Source of the DNA: Stramenopiles sp. TOSAG23-2
Taxonomy: Eukaryota
Assembly (NCBI GenBank): GCA_900128395.1
Contig: LT649271.1
Coordinates: 1 to 49,656, forward strand
DNA: 49,656 nt
Direction: 5' to 3'
Part shown: one piece after another, positions 48,153 through 49,656 of the stretch
How positions within the stretch are numbered: the first letter of the stretch is position 1
How the letters are laid out: each line of letters opens with the position of its first letter
The notes under the pieces: model-generated
What the model was told of the DNA's origin: nothing
The model's database searches: none
What the model saw: only the letters and a program-made list of their open reading frames with translations
Made by a program: the position numbers and the translations under genes

Positions 48153-49103
48153 ATGCGTATGATCATACGAAACGATAGCACTCACGTTGCAGATTATGTT
48201 GCTGCATATGTTTACAAACGTATAACTGATTTTGCTCCTACAAACGATAAACCGTTTGTCCTAGGTTTGCCAACAGGCAGTACACCAATTAAAACTTATG
48301 AGCGATTAGTGAAATATTATGAAGAAGGGAAATTATCCTTTGAGAATGTCGTTACTTTTAATATGGATGAATATTGTAATATTACTCATGACCATCCTGA
48401 ATCATATCATTTTTTTATGTGGAAGCATTTATTTGGAAAAGTTAATATCAAGCCAAAAAATGTTAATATTCTTGATGGAAATGCATCTGACTTACAAAAA
48501 GAATGTTTAGAATATGAAGAGAAAATTTTATCTTATGGCGGAATTGAATTGTTTTTAGCTGGTATAGGTCCAGATGGGCATATAGCTTTCAATGAACCAG
48601 GATCGTCGTTGACATCTCGTACAAGATTAAAAACTTTAGCTTATGAAACTATACTTGCCAATTCAAGATTTTTCGATAATGATGTGACTAAGGTTCCAAA
48701 AATGGCACTTACTGTCGGTGTACAAACTGTAATGGACGCTAGGGAGGTGATCGTTATCATCACTGGAGCGCATAAGGCAATCGCATTGAGTAAATGTATT
48801 GAAGAAGGCATTAGTCATATGTGGACTGTTTCATGTATTCAAATGCATCCGCGTGCTATGATTGTCGTAGATAACGATGCAACTCTTGAATTACGAGTTA
48901 AGACGGTCAATTATTTTAAAGGTTTGGAGGATACGATGACAAAATTAAAAATAAAGCCAATGGGAGATGTCAATTCAAATTCTACTAGATTATCTCCGCG
49001 TGCATCTCCATCACCAGCATTGCAACTTTCCGCAATTGATCGATCAAAAAAAAGGAAGGTAGGAAGTGGTAGCAGCAGTGTCCCAAATTTGAAAGAATCA
49101 TGA
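48153..49103 (+). CDS. GNPDA: Glucosamine-6-phosphate deaminase
   Basis: FVLGLPTGSTP, TFNMDEY, HPESY, GIGPDGHIAFNEPGSSL.SRTR. Confidence 0.96.
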   Translation: MRMIIRNDSTHVADYVAAYVYKRITDFAPTNDKPFVLGLPTGSTPIKTYERLVKYYEEGKLSFENVVTFNMDEYCNITHDHPESYHFFMWKHLFGKVNIKPKNVNILDGNASDLQKECLEYEEKILSYGGIELFLAGIGPDGHIAFNEPGSSLTSRTRLKTLAYETILANSRFFDNDVTKVPKMALTVGVQTVMDAREVIVIITGAHKAIALSKCIEEGISHMWTVSCIQMHPRAMIVVDNDATLELRVKTVNYFKGLEDTMTKLKIKPMGDVNSNSTRLSPRASPSPALQLSAIDRSKKRKVGSGSSSVPNLKES

Positions 49104-49656
49104 AACGAAAAAGAAAACTGTTCTTATTGCCATAGCTTTTATGTTTTATTCATTTTATTATATTTAAAATTTAATAAATAATTACCTATTATACCTTTTT
49201 CTATTTTTTCTTAATAAATTAATATAAATATAGCTACCACTGGTGGTATACTGTAATAATATAAATAGACACAATGGTATGTTCTGCTTAATATTTTTTT
49301 TGTTTGAAGAAGGATTCGCACACTACCTGGTACATTTCCCTGATGATGGATTGATTATTGTGCGATTCTTCCTAAAAAAACTCTACATGTATCTTTATCA
49401 CACATACGAATGGATTATCACCTCAAACTAATACATGTAGTCATTAAATCATTCATATATATATATATATATTATATATATACGTATATATACTGGTAGA
49501 TGTGAAAAAAATAAATATGATACACAGTATACAAGCTGCTACATGATGTATGATACTAATATTTTGTTTTTGTTGTTTTGTTGTTGTTGTTACGATAAAT
49601 CATTGCAACTTACTTAATAATTTATTTTTTTTCCATGCTAATGCGCGCATTTCTTC

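Overview
AT-rich, gene-dense, almost intronless eukaryotic nuclear DNA using the standard code. Protein style suggests a heterotrophic protist, possibly a stramenopile, but that is inference. Recognisable genes are PRMT1, an ML-domain protein, COA3, an MFS transporter, a Tudor/Myb/U-box-like protein, NF-YB, PPME1, NF-YC, SSRP1, mitochondrial citrate synthase (one intron), an F-box/kelch protein, an SGPP-like membrane protein, a HERC-type RCC1-HECT ligase, two AlkB-like dioxygenases and glucosamine-6-phosphate deaminase. Main observations: (1) a GT-AG intron (44644-44765) joins two separately called ORFs into one ~1391-aa RBBP5/Swd1-like WD40 + Myb/SANT + HMG-box protein; (2) a HERC ligase has an EF-hand module inserted in its RCC1 repeats; (3) two divergent ALKBH7-like enzymes lie 13 kb apart; (4) NF-YB, NF-YC and SSRP1 are clustered; (5) a GC-richer, bacterial-type MFS gene sits in a mosaic region; (6) CNACACAGC recurs in upstream/divergent spacers and TACGA/TCGTA plus TATCATA recur in convergent 3' spacers. 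The 6.6-12.7 kb region shows signs of assembly artefacts (exact 55-bp overlap, 109-bp duplication, chimeric joins). I saw no rRNA, tRNA, CRISPR array or intact transposon. All calls are by eye, with no database searches.
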